Below are positions 41,569 to 50,911 of a DNA stretch of 64,000 nucleotides, in pieces; within the stretch, counting starts at the first letter, position 1, and each line of letters opens with the position of its first letter. Location of the stretch: assembly GCA_021647985.1 (NCBI GenBank), contig JAKITQ010000004.1, forward strand, positions 24,975-88,974, written 5' to 3'. The notes under the pieces are model-generated. The model was not told the DNA's origin, did no database searches, and worked only from the letters and a program-made list of their open reading frames with translations. Origin of the DNA: Flavobacteriaceae bacterium (GTDB lineage: Bacteria > Bacteroidota > Bacteroidia > Flavobacteriales > Flavobacteriaceae). The translations under genes and the position numbers were made by a program.

Positions 41569-43059
41569 TTAACTACTTGCTATTTTATTGTTTTTATTAA
41601 AAAATACAAATACTAATGCCAGTGAAACCAAACCAGTGGTTCCTAAGGCTCCTATTATTATAGGATCAATATTACTTTCTAACCATGAGTATTTTGATGG
41701 TAAGTCTCTAAAGAAGGTTGCCCATAGAATTACGATAACGCTAAAAATTACTGAAATAATTCCCTGTCTTTTAGTAATTTTTACATTAAAGATTGCAAGT
41801 AAAAACAAGCCTAGAATCCCCCCACCAAATATTCCGGAAATTTGCCACCACAGGTCTAATGCACTAGTAGCATTAATCATTAAAAGTGCAAAAGCAATTC
41901 CAAAAACACCCCAAATAACGGTACTCAATCTTAAAAAGTTGATACTGTTTTTTTCCGTTGGACTTTTCTTAAAGTATATCTTATAATAATCTTCAAACAA
42001 CACTGTTGCAGAACAGTTCAAAGCAGAATCAACTGTACTCATGGATGCTGCTAAAATAGCAGCAATGATCAAACCTTTCATCCCTACAGGTAATTCTGTA
42101 GCAATAAAATATGGAAATACTTTATCACCTTTTAAGTCGGCTGGGTTTAACACATTTTCTGAACCAGAATAAAATGCAAACAAGGCTGAGCCTATATATA
42201 AGAAAATCATGGTTAATGGCAAATACATTAACATTGCAAACCATACCGATCTTTTTGCTTGTTTTTCATTAGCTACAGACGCATATTTTTGTGTATAGTT
42301 CTGATCGGCCATTAAATTTCTAATATTCTCCGATAAGCCATATATAATCATTACCCAAATGGTTCGGCTACTTAAAGATAATGTAGTATCACCGAGGCTA
42401 AACTTATTCGCATCAATGGCATTTTGAATTAAGTAATCTGGCTTTGCAAATATTTCAGTAGTTAGTAGATAACCAACAAATAAAACACCACCAATCATAA
42501 TTACAGATTGCATAACATCTGTCCAGATCACTGCTTCCATACCTCCCATTAAGGTATATACTATGGTTACAAGTCCAATAATTACAATAAGTGACCTTAT
42601 ATCAATGTCAATAAAAGATGTTAGTAATAAAGACGATAAATACAATATAACGGCAGTTCTTCCTATCATAAACAATAAAAAAGAAAATGATGCATAAACC
42701 CTACCCCATTCACCTATTTTATCCTCCAAATACTTATATACTGAAATGATATTGTTTTTTCTATAGTGTGGAATTACATATTTAGTTACAAACCAGGTTA
42801 CTGGTATTGCTGTTAAGGCAAAAATGACTGGATGCCAATTAGAATCAAATGCTTTACCAGGAACGGCGATATACGATACACTACTGGTATACGCACTCAT
42901 TACTGCAATTCCGGCGGCCCATGCGGGAATACTTCTTCCAGCTACCATAAATTCTTCTGAGGTTTTAGTTTTTCTAAAGAAATACACTCCCATTGCTACT
43001 AAAATCAGCCCATAAAGAATTAAAATTGCCGTATCTATTGTTCCTAGTTGGTAATTCAT
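41569..43059 (-). CDS. Sodium:solute symporter (SSS family)
   Basis: AGRSIP, GGMEAVIWTD..Q, DQ..TQKY, AILAASMSTVDS.LN. Confidence 0.92.
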   Translation of the reverse strand: MNYQLGTIDTAILILYGLILVAMGVYFFRKTKTSEEFMVAGRSIPAWAAGIAVMSAYTSSVSYIAVPGKAFDSNWHPVIFALTAIPVTWFVTKYVIPHYRKNNIISVYKYLEDKIGEWGRVYASFSFLLFMIGRTAVILYLSSLLLTSFIDIDIRSLIVIIGLVTIVYTLMGGMEAVIWTDVMQSVIMIGGVLFVGYLLTTEIFAKPDYLIQNAIDANKFSLGDTTLSLSSRTIWVMIIYGLSENIRNLMADQNYTQKYASVANEKQAKRSVWFAMLMYLPLTMIFLYIGSALFAFYSGSENVLNPADLKGDKVFPYFIATELPVGMKGLIIAAILAASMSTVDSALNCSATVLFEDYYKIYFKKSPTEKNSINFLRLSTVIWGVFGIAFALLMINATSALDLWWQISGIFGGGILGLFLLAIFNVKITKRQGIISVIFSVIVILWATFFRDLPSKYSWLESNIDPIIIGALGTTGLVSLALVFVFFNKNNKIASS

Positions 43060-43078
43060 TTATTATAAAAAATTATTT

Positions 43079-43984
43079 TTAATTAATATCTTCAAATTCT
43101 TCTATGTACTTTTTGATTCTTTTCCTTTCCGGCATTTTGAACTTGCGTAGAGGTTGTGCCATATAATCATTACATATTCCCATTACTGAAAGTGCACATT
43201 TAGTGCCTTTAGTTATTCGTGATGCATATTTTCCAACTTTATAAATCGTTTCGTTGACTTTTACCACAATATCTCTAAGTCGTGCAATTTCATTTAAATC
43301 GTTTTGCAAGGATGCATTATAAAATTCTACAAACAGTTTTGGAAAAAAATTAGCACCACCTGCCACTGCGCCATGACCTCCGTACCTTATCGTTTCAGGT
43401 AAGTACAATTCAGTTCCAGCAATAATTGAAAATTTCTTATCAGACTTAAATGCTTCAATAAGTGAATATAAGTAAGCCATATCTCCAGAACTATCTTTAA
43501 TACCTATAGCACCTATTTCTTTAATCTTAATAACTGTTTCCAGTGACAGGTGTATCTTGGTACAACTAGGCATATTATAAATTAAAAAAGGCAGATCCAA
43601 TTGTTTTGCCAAATTTTCAAAATATTCTTGTATTTCTTCCTGAGAAACCGGAAAATAGTATGGGGGCGCAATGACAACTGCATCCACTCCCATTTTTTTA
43701 GAATAATTAGCTATTTCAATAGATCCTTCGAAAGATGTATCTGTAATTCCTACCAAAACAGGAACTCTATTATCAATATATTTACAAGCTTTATTTATCA
43801 GCTCCTTTCTTAATTCATAACTTAAACTAGGTCCCTCTCCATTCGTTCCAAGTAAGAAAATGCCATGAACACCACCAACAATTAGGTGCTCAATTAGTTT
43901 TTTTAAACCAAGTTCATCCAATTCACCATTTTCCTTTAATGGTGTTATCATTGGAGGTATTATTCCTTTTAAAGGTAATTTCAT
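43079..43984 (-). CDS. DHDPS/NanA-family aldolase (probable keto-deoxy-acid aldolase)
   Basis: GIIPPMITP, LGTNGE, PPYYF, YNMP, GIKDSSGD. Confidence 0.88.
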   Translation of the reverse strand: MKLPLKGIIPPMITPLKENGELDELGLKKLIEHLIVGGVHGIFLLGTNGEGPSLSYELRKELINKACKYIDNRVPVLVGITDTSFEGSIEIANYSKKMGVDAVVIAPPYYFPVSQEEIQEYFENLAKQLDLPFLIYNMPSCTKIHLSLETVIKIKEIGAIGIKDSSGDMAYLYSLIEAFKSDKKFSIIAGTELYLPETIRYGGHGAVAGGANFFPKLFVEFYNASLQNDLNEIARLRDIVVKVNETIYKVGKYASRITKGTKCALSVMGICNDYMAQPLRKFKMPERKRIKKYIEEFEDIN

Positions 43985-44126
43985 TTGTAATTTATTTTAA
44001 TCTTCAACAAAGTAAATTGAAATTGGATTATTTTACCACAACAATATTATTTAAATTACATAATATATTAACTTTTATATTAAAAAAATTATGTATTTTT
44101 GGCAAATCAAGTTAATATAACAAAAA

Positions 44127-44975
44127 ATGGAATTTGTATTTGAAAAAATATTTGTACCAAATAAGCATTCTTTTATATCGAGAAAGCTGCCATTGACATC
44201 TAATGCAAGAATACATTCTCATAAAAATTTTGAATTAAATTATATTACTTCAGGAACCGGACGTCGAATTGTTGGCGATAATATTTCTGGTTTTGAAACT
44301 GGAGATTTGGTTCTATTAGGACCTAATCTACCCCATTGCTGGGAGGTATTGGATAAAGATAATGGAAATGACCCCACTTGTATCGTTACTCATTTTTCTG
44401 AAAATATTTTAAAATCAGATTTTTTTAATATGCCTGAGCTTGAAAAGGTAGTTGCATTGTTAAAACAAGCAAGTAGAGGAACTCGATTTAAAGTTAAAAA
44501 CGATGAAAAAATTAGATTAATATTAGAAAATATGTCTAATCTTCATGGATTAGAATATTATATTGAACTTCTTAAACTATTTAACTATCTAGTAAAGGTT
44601 GAAGATAAATATGAATTGTCAAATCCTTTGAACCAATCCTTAGTGTTTTCAAAAAATCTTGAAAAAATAAATAAGGTCTATGAATATGTTTTTCAAAATA
44701 TTCAAGAAGGAATTAAACTAGAAGAAGCTTCAGCGGTTTTATATATGGCTCCAAGTTCCTTTTGTAGATTCTTTAAGAAAAAGACCAATGTTACATTTAT
44801 GGAGTATGTTAAAACTGTTCGTGTTGGAATCGCGGCAAAATTATTGGCGGAAACAGATAAACAAATAACTCAAATCTGTTTTGAAAGCGGATACAATAAT
44901 CTTGCTAATTTCAATCATTATTTTAAGGATATTATGGGTAAAACACCTTCTGACTACCGTAAAAATTTTAGATAA
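44127..44975 (+). CDS. AraC-family transcriptional regulator
   Basis: Cupin HSH..ELNYI...LGPNLPH, C-terminal SFCRFFKK...ESGYNNLANFN.YFK...TPSDYR. Confidence 0.93.
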   Translation: MEFVFEKIFVPNKHSFISRKLPLTSNARIHSHKNFELNYITSGTGRRIVGDNISGFETGDLVLLGPNLPHCWEVLDKDNGNDPTCIVTHFSENILKSDFFNMPELEKVVALLKQASRGTRFKVKNDEKIRLILENMSNLHGLEYYIELLKLFNYLVKVEDKYELSNPLNQSLVFSKNLEKINKVYEYVFQNIQEGIKLEEASAVLYMAPSSFCRFFKKKTNVTFMEYVKTVRVGIAAKLLAETDKQITQICFESGYNNLANFNHYFKDIMGKTPSDYRKNFR

Positions 44976-45021
44976 TTTATTTTTACTGATTTTTTATCTC
45001 TACATTTTAACAATTCAAATA

Positions 45022-45672
45022 TTATTTCCTGCCAATTAAATTAATTAGAAAACCAATAAAGAAAATAACAAAAGAAATTAAACTAATTGGCACTAATGAC
45101 ATTTGCCATTTATTTGGTGTCAACCAACCCGAATATCCCATAAAAAGCAAATGTATACCAGTAAAGATCATGGCGTAAATTAGAAATTTTCGTGAAGTTA
45201 TCATGGCAATTAATTTTTTATCTTCTTTTATGGTTGGTTTAAAACTAATATTGTAAACCCATAAAAATATAAAACTTACAATCCCCCCCAACAAACTTAG
45301 CCCTCCTCTGACTGATAATGTTCCATCAGCAATAAAAAAAACAGGATAATAACTCGGATTTAATATTGAAAAACTCATAAAAACATGAATAAATGCAAAT
45401 AGAAATCCTGTTATTCCTATGAGTTTTCTGGCATCTAACCATTTGTCAGACACCTTTATACCTAAATTATTTAATGGACTTAAAGAAAAATTAATGGTTA
45501 ATAATATCAAGGATGCAAGAGATATACCTTTATTCAAAATAAATAATGGTAAATCTTTCCATGGCACCCCACCATATATATTATATCGAACAATTGCATA
45601 AAGCAAACTAAATAAGGTAGTTAGTATAATTATTCTACCGGCATAATGTTTTTTATAAGGTTTAATCATCAA
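45022..45672 (-). CDS. Membrane protein resembling the STEAP/ferric-reductase transmembrane domain
   Basis: About six TMs; LNK..., WLDARKLIGITGFLFAFIHVFMS and a second His in IHLLFMGY. Confidence 0.62.
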   Translation of the reverse strand: MMIKPYKKHYAGRIIILTTLFSLLYAIVRYNIYGGVPWKDLPLFILNKGISLASLILLTINFSLSPLNNLGIKVSDKWLDARKLIGITGFLFAFIHVFMSFSILNPSYYPVFFIADGTLSVRGGLSLLGGIVSFIFLWVYNISFKPTIKEDKKLIAMITSRKFLIYAMIFTGIHLLFMGYSGWLTPNKWQMSLVPISLISFVIFFIGFLINLIGRK

Positions 45673-45703
45673 TAAAATTTTATAAACAAAATAATTCTAA
45701 AAA

Positions 45704-46978
45704 CTAATTTACATGAAATCGATTGTGAGCCTCTCCAATTTCATCATGGATACTTATAGCGATAAACGAAAGGGCTGCTAAAACCAATACGATTATTAAA
45801 AAGAAATAAAACCATTTCTTAGTGTCTACATTATCAGAAACGGTTTTAAAAGCAGCGTCATATTTTTTGCTCATCAATACAAAAATTAAAATGACGTTAA
45901 ATAAGTAAAGGTGGTGATTTAATGACATATTACCGGCGAATAAGCCTGTTATAGCATAACTTATAAATATATAAACTAGAAAATACGTCAAGAAAAAAAA
46001 TACAACATCCTTTTTTTTATAATTTTCTTCTTTCAACCTAAAAAATAATAATGCAGCCATAATTAATAAAACTATGGCAACAACAATTGTACTTAAGGTT
46101 GCAATAAACTGAAGTTCAGATATCTCACCCAAACGCGACATAAAATGTTCATGAGCCAAAGATTCTCTATAAACGATTAAAGGAATAAAAACTACCACAA
46201 TAAATAAAGCGCTTTGGTTAACCCATTTTTTAGGTTTCACATCTTCAACAGGCCATATCGAACTAAATACGCCATATGCCATTCCTGAACCTCCAAAAAA
46301 GCCAATACTATATTCCATAACATTCCACATATTGAATTGAATTTGCAAAATATTACCTAAAACTTGTAAAAAATTTCCAAAGGCAAAACCAAAACCTCCA
46401 CCAAGTGCAGAAAATATGGCAACTCTTATTGCAGATTTTCTTTTTTCTCTTGCCATATACCATAACATAGCTATTCCGGCCCCTAGGATTATTGCCCATG
46501 CCTCTGACCTCGGTGGTGTCATTTTAAATCCTATCTGTTCAATAAGAAAAAAGTATCCTATTATACCACCTGCAGTCATTTCTGCAACAAGAGATCCCCA
46601 TTTTACTTTATTTTTTTCAGTTGAATCTAGTACTAATCCAACTAAACCACCTCCTAATAATCCGAATAAAGCACCGATAACAAAGAGCATTCCCAAACCA
46701 TAAAAAGCATTTATAAAATTATCAGCATTACCATAACCTACTACCCTTCCATAACTTATCATACCACCTGCACCCCAGCCAATTGCCGATGCTAAAGCAA
46801 CCAAAATCATTTTATTATACCAATCTTTTCTTTTTGATACCATAACTAGTGCCAACCCGCCAATTGCTCCAGCCCATGCTGCACCTTGTTCGTGACCGAA
46901 TTGACCTCTAATAGCCCAAGCAGTAGCCAATGCCATGGCTACTATTAGTATGCTAATATATTGCTCTTTAAATTTCAT
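45704..46978 (-). CDS. Multi-pass Gly-rich membrane protein of unknown function
   Basis: Many hydrophobic segments; WAIRGQFGHEQGAAWAG, GGMISYG, PPRSEAWA, NMWNVMEYSIGFFGG. Confidence 0.7.
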   Translation of the reverse strand: MKFKEQYISILIVAMALATAWAIRGQFGHEQGAAWAGAIGGLALVMVSKRKDWYNKMILVALASAIGWGAGGMISYGRVVGYGNADNFINAFYGLGMLFVIGALFGLLGGGLVGLVLDSTEKNKVKWGSLVAEMTAGGIIGYFFLIEQIGFKMTPPRSEAWAIILGAGIAMLWYMAREKRKSAIRVAIFSALGGGFGFAFGNFLQVLGNILQIQFNMWNVMEYSIGFFGGSGMAYGVFSSIWPVEDVKPKKWVNQSALFIVVVFIPLIVYRESLAHEHFMSRLGEISELQFIATLSTIVVAIVLLIMAALLFFRLKEENYKKKDVVFFFLTYFLVYIFISYAITGLFAGNMSLNHHLYLFNVILIFVLMSKKYDAAFKTVSDNVDTKKWFYFFLIIVLVLAALSFIAISIHDEIGEAHNRFHVN

Positions 46979-46993
46979 TCATTTACATTTTTA

Positions 46994-48064
46994 TCAATGT
47001 TTATTCAAAAATATTGGTTGTGTCCAGGCATAAAATTGTTCACTTTTTAAACCAATAACTCTGGAATATATGATTTTTGCACGAACGTATTTTAATCCTT
47101 TTGGAATTTTAAATTTTGCAATAGTCGAATTTGTATTTTGCAAAACTATTCCTTTATCTCCAATAAACTGGATGCTAAAACCTGCTTCTTCTAAATCTGT
47201 TCTTTTTCCAACTAATAAGTCACTTTGCAATTCGATAAGTGATGCTTCAACATCAATTTCAACTTTATAGGTTTTTTTGCTTTTATCAACTTTTTTAAGA
47301 ATAACGCCATTAGAAGAATAAAATTCTCCGTTTGCCATGGCTTCCGTAATGGCATCTGGGCTTAGTTCTTTACTCATAACCATTACCCATCCCCTGCCTG
47401 GATTACTTTCGTCAATTGCCCATTTTTTAAAAAAATGAGCGTCATCAGAAGAGACTCCATAGAACCTTTTCCCGGCAGTTAAAAGAGAGTCCCATTTCTG
47501 CTCCATAGAAGCATGTTTTTTATTCCCCCAGTTATTGACATCGGGGTGACCGTTATATAACTCTAGCATGTGTAAGCCTTTTACCTTTTCAATTTGTAAG
47601 GCTGAAGCACCAGATCTCCAATTTGGATGATTTAGAATAGGAATACCATTGGCACCCCTAATAGAATCTGTATGTTTTTGCATTAGAAATGTTTTATAGT
47701 TTTCAAATCTATTTTCTTTAGTTATAGTGTGTGGGAAAACTTCTCTAGTAATGTTCATACCAGTAGTATGAATCTCATAATAATCTGACACCTCTACACC
47801 CGGAATCAAAATAAAATCTTTTCTTTTATTTTTCGGAAGATTAATACTTTTAGGGTCTATAAATTGGTTGTGTTCACTCAGAATTAAAAAATTCCAATTT
47901 CTGTCTAAATACCATAGAGCAACTGTATCAGGATGCGTATCAGCATGACCACTTAATGTAGTATGTACATGTGTATTTCCTTTAAACCATTTCAATTTTT
48001 TATTTTGAGAATGGATATTTAAAACATTAAAAATCAGTATTAAAATAATTAGTTTTTTCATCAT
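46994..48064 (-). CDS. Secreted PHP-fold metallohydrolase (CehA/McbA-like)
   Basis: Signal peptide, WFKGNTHVHT, SEHN, GVE, NHP, ELYNG, SDDAH, YVRA. Confidence 0.8.
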   Translation of the reverse strand: MMKKLIILILIFNVLNIHSQNKKLKWFKGNTHVHTTLSGHADTHPDTVALWYLDRNWNFLILSEHNQFIDPKSINLPKNKRKDFILIPGVEVSDYYEIHTTGMNITREVFPHTITKENRFENYKTFLMQKHTDSIRGANGIPILNHPNWRSGASALQIEKVKGLHMLELYNGHPDVNNWGNKKHASMEQKWDSLLTAGKRFYGVSSDDAHFFKKWAIDESNPGRGWVMVMSKELSPDAITEAMANGEFYSSNGVILKKVDKSKKTYKVEIDVEASLIELQSDLLVGKRTDLEEAGFSIQFIGDKGIVLQNTNSTIAKFKIPKGLKYVRAKIIYSRVIGLKSEQFYAWTQPIFLNKH

Positions 48065-48310
48065 AAAATTTTATTGCGAAATTGTTCTGTTAAAAACAGA
48101 ACAATTCGACATGAATTAAAGTTACCTATTTATCATTATATATAATTTAATAGTTAAAAAAATAATCTTACTTTACCTAAAAAATAAACATTCAAATTTA
48201 TTTGATTACTAGCGATAGGTATTCGTGTATCTTACTGAAGATGCATTAATAATTAGCTGTATTAGAAATCTTTTTTATCGTATTAATTAGTCAACTATAT
48301 TTAATAAGCC

Positions 48311-48958
48311 CTAAAAATACTGAATAAATTTATCTGTTATGATATCATAATTATCAATTATCTGATCTGCTTTAATTAATCTGCTTGGTTGTTCGGTATT
48401 GCTAATAGCCACACATTTCATTCCAGCTGATTTTGCAGATTTCACACCATTTTCAGAATCTTCAATAACCAAACAATTTTCTGGATTTACTTCTAATCTC
48501 TCTGCAGTTAATAGGTAAGGTTCGGGCATTGGCTTACCGTATTTTACATCTCTTGAAGTGACTATTGTTTTAAATAAATGCTTTATGTCTAACTGATTTA
48601 CAACCGTATAAACCTCATCAAAAGTAGAGCTAGATGTAAGTGCTAGGGTATATTTTTTACTAAGACTAATAATTAAATCTAAAACACCTGGGTATACTTT
48701 TAAATTATTTTGGATTAATATTTGATATCTCTGTGATTTTTTAGCAATCAGACTTTCCATATTACCCTCTTTAATTCCAAATGCTACAAATAAATCCTTA
48801 AAAGAAGCTAGATCAGTTCTACCCAAACAGAATTCTCTATACTTTTCTGAAGTCAAATCAAACCCAATATCTTCAAAAACTTCTTTGGTTGCTATTTCAT
48901 GAATCTCTTCATCATCAGTTATTACACCATTCATGTCAAAAATTACGGTTGTTATCAT
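48311..48958 (-). CDS. HAD-family phosphatase (beta-phosphoglucomutase-like)
   Basis: FDMNGV motif I, TSS, KPMPEPY, EDSENG. Confidence 0.88.
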   Translation of the reverse strand: MITTVIFDMNGVITDDEEIHEIATKEVFEDIGFDLTSEKYREFCLGRTDLASFKDLFVAFGIKEGNMESLIAKKSQRYQILIQNNLKVYPGVLDLIISLSKKYTLALTSSSTFDEVYTVVNQLDIKHLFKTIVTSRDVKYGKPMPEPYLLTAERLEVNPENCLVIEDSENGVKSAKSAGMKCVAISNTEQPSRLIKADQIIDNYDIITDKFIQYF

Positions 48959-49218
48959 ACTGAAGGTTTAATTATTTTGAAAGTAATGCAGCTGATTTTA
49001 TCTAAATAAAGCCACGTATCACGATGACTTTGCATTATTGAAGAGTGAATATTCGGTGATATTTCTGCCTCTACTGCGCCTTTTACCGCTTCTGCCTTAC
49101 GTTTGTCTGGCACTGAACAAATGATAGAATTAGATTTTAAAATCTGTTTGATCGTCATACTTATTGCTTGCTTAGGAACATCGTTTATTGTTTTAAACAG
49201 ACCTTCTAATATAAACAT
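48955..49218 (-). pseudogene. C-terminal fragment of a second, different NagB-like (glucosamine-6-P deaminase) gene
   Basis: [38 protein letters not shown]...ISP...S.MQSH...LYLD; begins 5 bp after the menA stop codon. Confidence 0.78.
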
Positions 49219-49223
49219 ACTTC

Positions 49224-50126
49224 TTAGAACACAAGTCCCAATCCAAAAAGAACAGCAAATAAAAATGTACTCAAAGCGAGTTTTTTTAATTCGGGGTCTA
49301 AATCTTTGTCTTCTCGAATTATATAAACGATATACATGTGTTTAAATATGGGAATAAAAGCAATTAAAAATAAAAATTGCCAAATCGATTTGAAGTGAAT
49401 CATGGTATAGAGTAAAGCAAATAAAAACGCTGCAAAAATTAAATAATAATGGTAGTATTTGGCAAACTCACTACCTATTTTTACCACCAAGGTATTTTTA
49501 CCAGACTTTTTATCAGACAATCTATCACGCATATTGTTTAAATTCAAAACCCCAACGCTTAACAGACCAATGGAAAATGCTGGAAAAAAAATTGTATAAC
49601 CCAATTGGTGTGTATATAGAAAATAAGTGCCGCAAACACTTAATACGCCAAAAAAAACAAAAACAAAAATATCGCCAAACCCGCTATATCCGTATGCATT
49701 TTTACCCATGGTATATTTAACTGCCGCTGCAATACTACCAACTCCTAAAAGAAAAAATAGAATAGAATAGAAAATATTTTCTTTACCAAAAGAAATAAAA
49801 ATCAATAATAATGCGATAATTAAAGTTAAAACACCGCTTATTTTAATTGCCAGTAACATTTGTTTAGCGTTTATTTCACCACTTTGGAGCGCTCTTATTG
49901 GACCAATTCTTTCATGATTATCTGTTCCTTTTACACCATCACCATAATCATTGGCAAAATTTGATATTACCTGAAACCCAACTGTTGTTAATATAGCAAA
50001 AAATAATATAAACGGATTAAAATATCCGTTGGAAAATGCTAAAAATGAACCTAAAATGATTCCCGAAAGGGATAAAGGTAAAGTGCGTAATCGAGCAGCT
50101 TTTAACCAGTGTTTAAATGATGACAA
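49224..50126 (-). CDS. menA: 1,4-dihydroxy-2-naphthoate octaprenyltransferase
   Basis: [30 protein letters not shown]...D...GKNTL. Confidence 0.93.
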   Translation of the reverse strand: MSSFKHWLKAARLRTLPLSLSGIILGSFLAFSNGYFNPFILFFAILTTVGFQVISNFANDYGDGVKGTDNHERIGPIRALQSGEINAKQMLLAIKISGVLTLIIALLLIFISFGKENIFYSILFFLLGVGSIAAAVKYTMGKNAYGYSGFGDIFVFVFFGVLSVCGTYFLYTHQLGYTIFFPAFSIGLLSVGVLNLNNMRDRLSDKKSGKNTLVVKIGSEFAKYYHYYLIFAAFLFALLYTMIHFKSIWQFLFLIAFIPIFKHMYIVYIIREDKDLDPELKKLALSTFLFAVLFGLGLVF

Positions 50127-50285
50127 AATAATGGATACTGATTTAATTTAATAGTCGGTTATGTTTTTGTATAGTACTGGTTTAAAGTAAATTATGTTGA
50201 AACACTTAAAATACGACAACTCATTGATATTAAAAATTATAATTTACAATTCAACATTCATAATTAAAAATCACACGAAGTGTTA

Positions 50286-50897
50286 TTAATTGGTACCTCC
50301 TCTTATCCATTTTTCTCCACTAAGCTGTAACGCCTCTTTCATATTTACTAGAACTCCATATGATTTAGCAATTATAAAACAATCTTTAAAGCCCAAACGC
50401 TTCAAATCGTCACGCAATGCCACTGTTTCTTTATAAGTAGTAAATTTACCAACAATAAATTTATTATATCCAGCATCTTGAAACCCTTCTAATTGCACCA
50501 AATCGTCCGAAATGAGTTTTGAACTAAAATTTGTATATGCCCCTATTTGCACACTATAAACGATACTCATTTCATCGGTTGTCACATTTAAAGAATCCAT
50601 CACAATAACCTGCTTTACTTTTCTTTGCAACTTGTGTAGTGAATCTGTATCAATAATGCTTAAGTTATTTTTAATTAAATATTCTTCCTTATACTGTTTT
50701 GATTTTGGTAAAAAAGACCATAAAAATAAAATCAATAAAATCAAACCAAAAACACCCAATATAATTCGATGTTTTTTTAACAAAGAATTTTCTTCTTCTT
50801 CTTCTTCTAAAGCAGATGATAAATTTTTGATGGTATCATTCGCTTTATCAACTTCTTCGTAAATGTTTACTAAATTTTTATCTCTAACAAAAGGCAT
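50286..50897 (-). CDS. Membrane-anchored SPOR-domain-like protein
   Basis: Single TM; YSVQIGAY...GKF...LKRLGFKDCFI. Confidence 0.7.
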   Translation of the reverse strand: MPFVRDKNLVNIYEEVDKANDTIKNLSSALEEEEEENSLLKKHRIILGVFGLILLILFLWSFLPKSKQYKEEYLIKNNLSIIDTDSLHKLQRKVKQVIVMDSLNVTTDEMSIVYSVQIGAYTNFSSKLISDDLVQLEGFQDAGYNKFIVGKFTTYKETVALRDDLKRLGFKDCFIIAKSYGVLVNMKEALQLSGEKWIRGGTN

Positions 50898-50911
50898 ATA
50901 ATTATTTTATT

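Noticed and set aside
43079-43984. Assignment as dapA or nanA
   Set aside because: Catabolic context argues against dapA, and there are no linked nan genes; left at family level.
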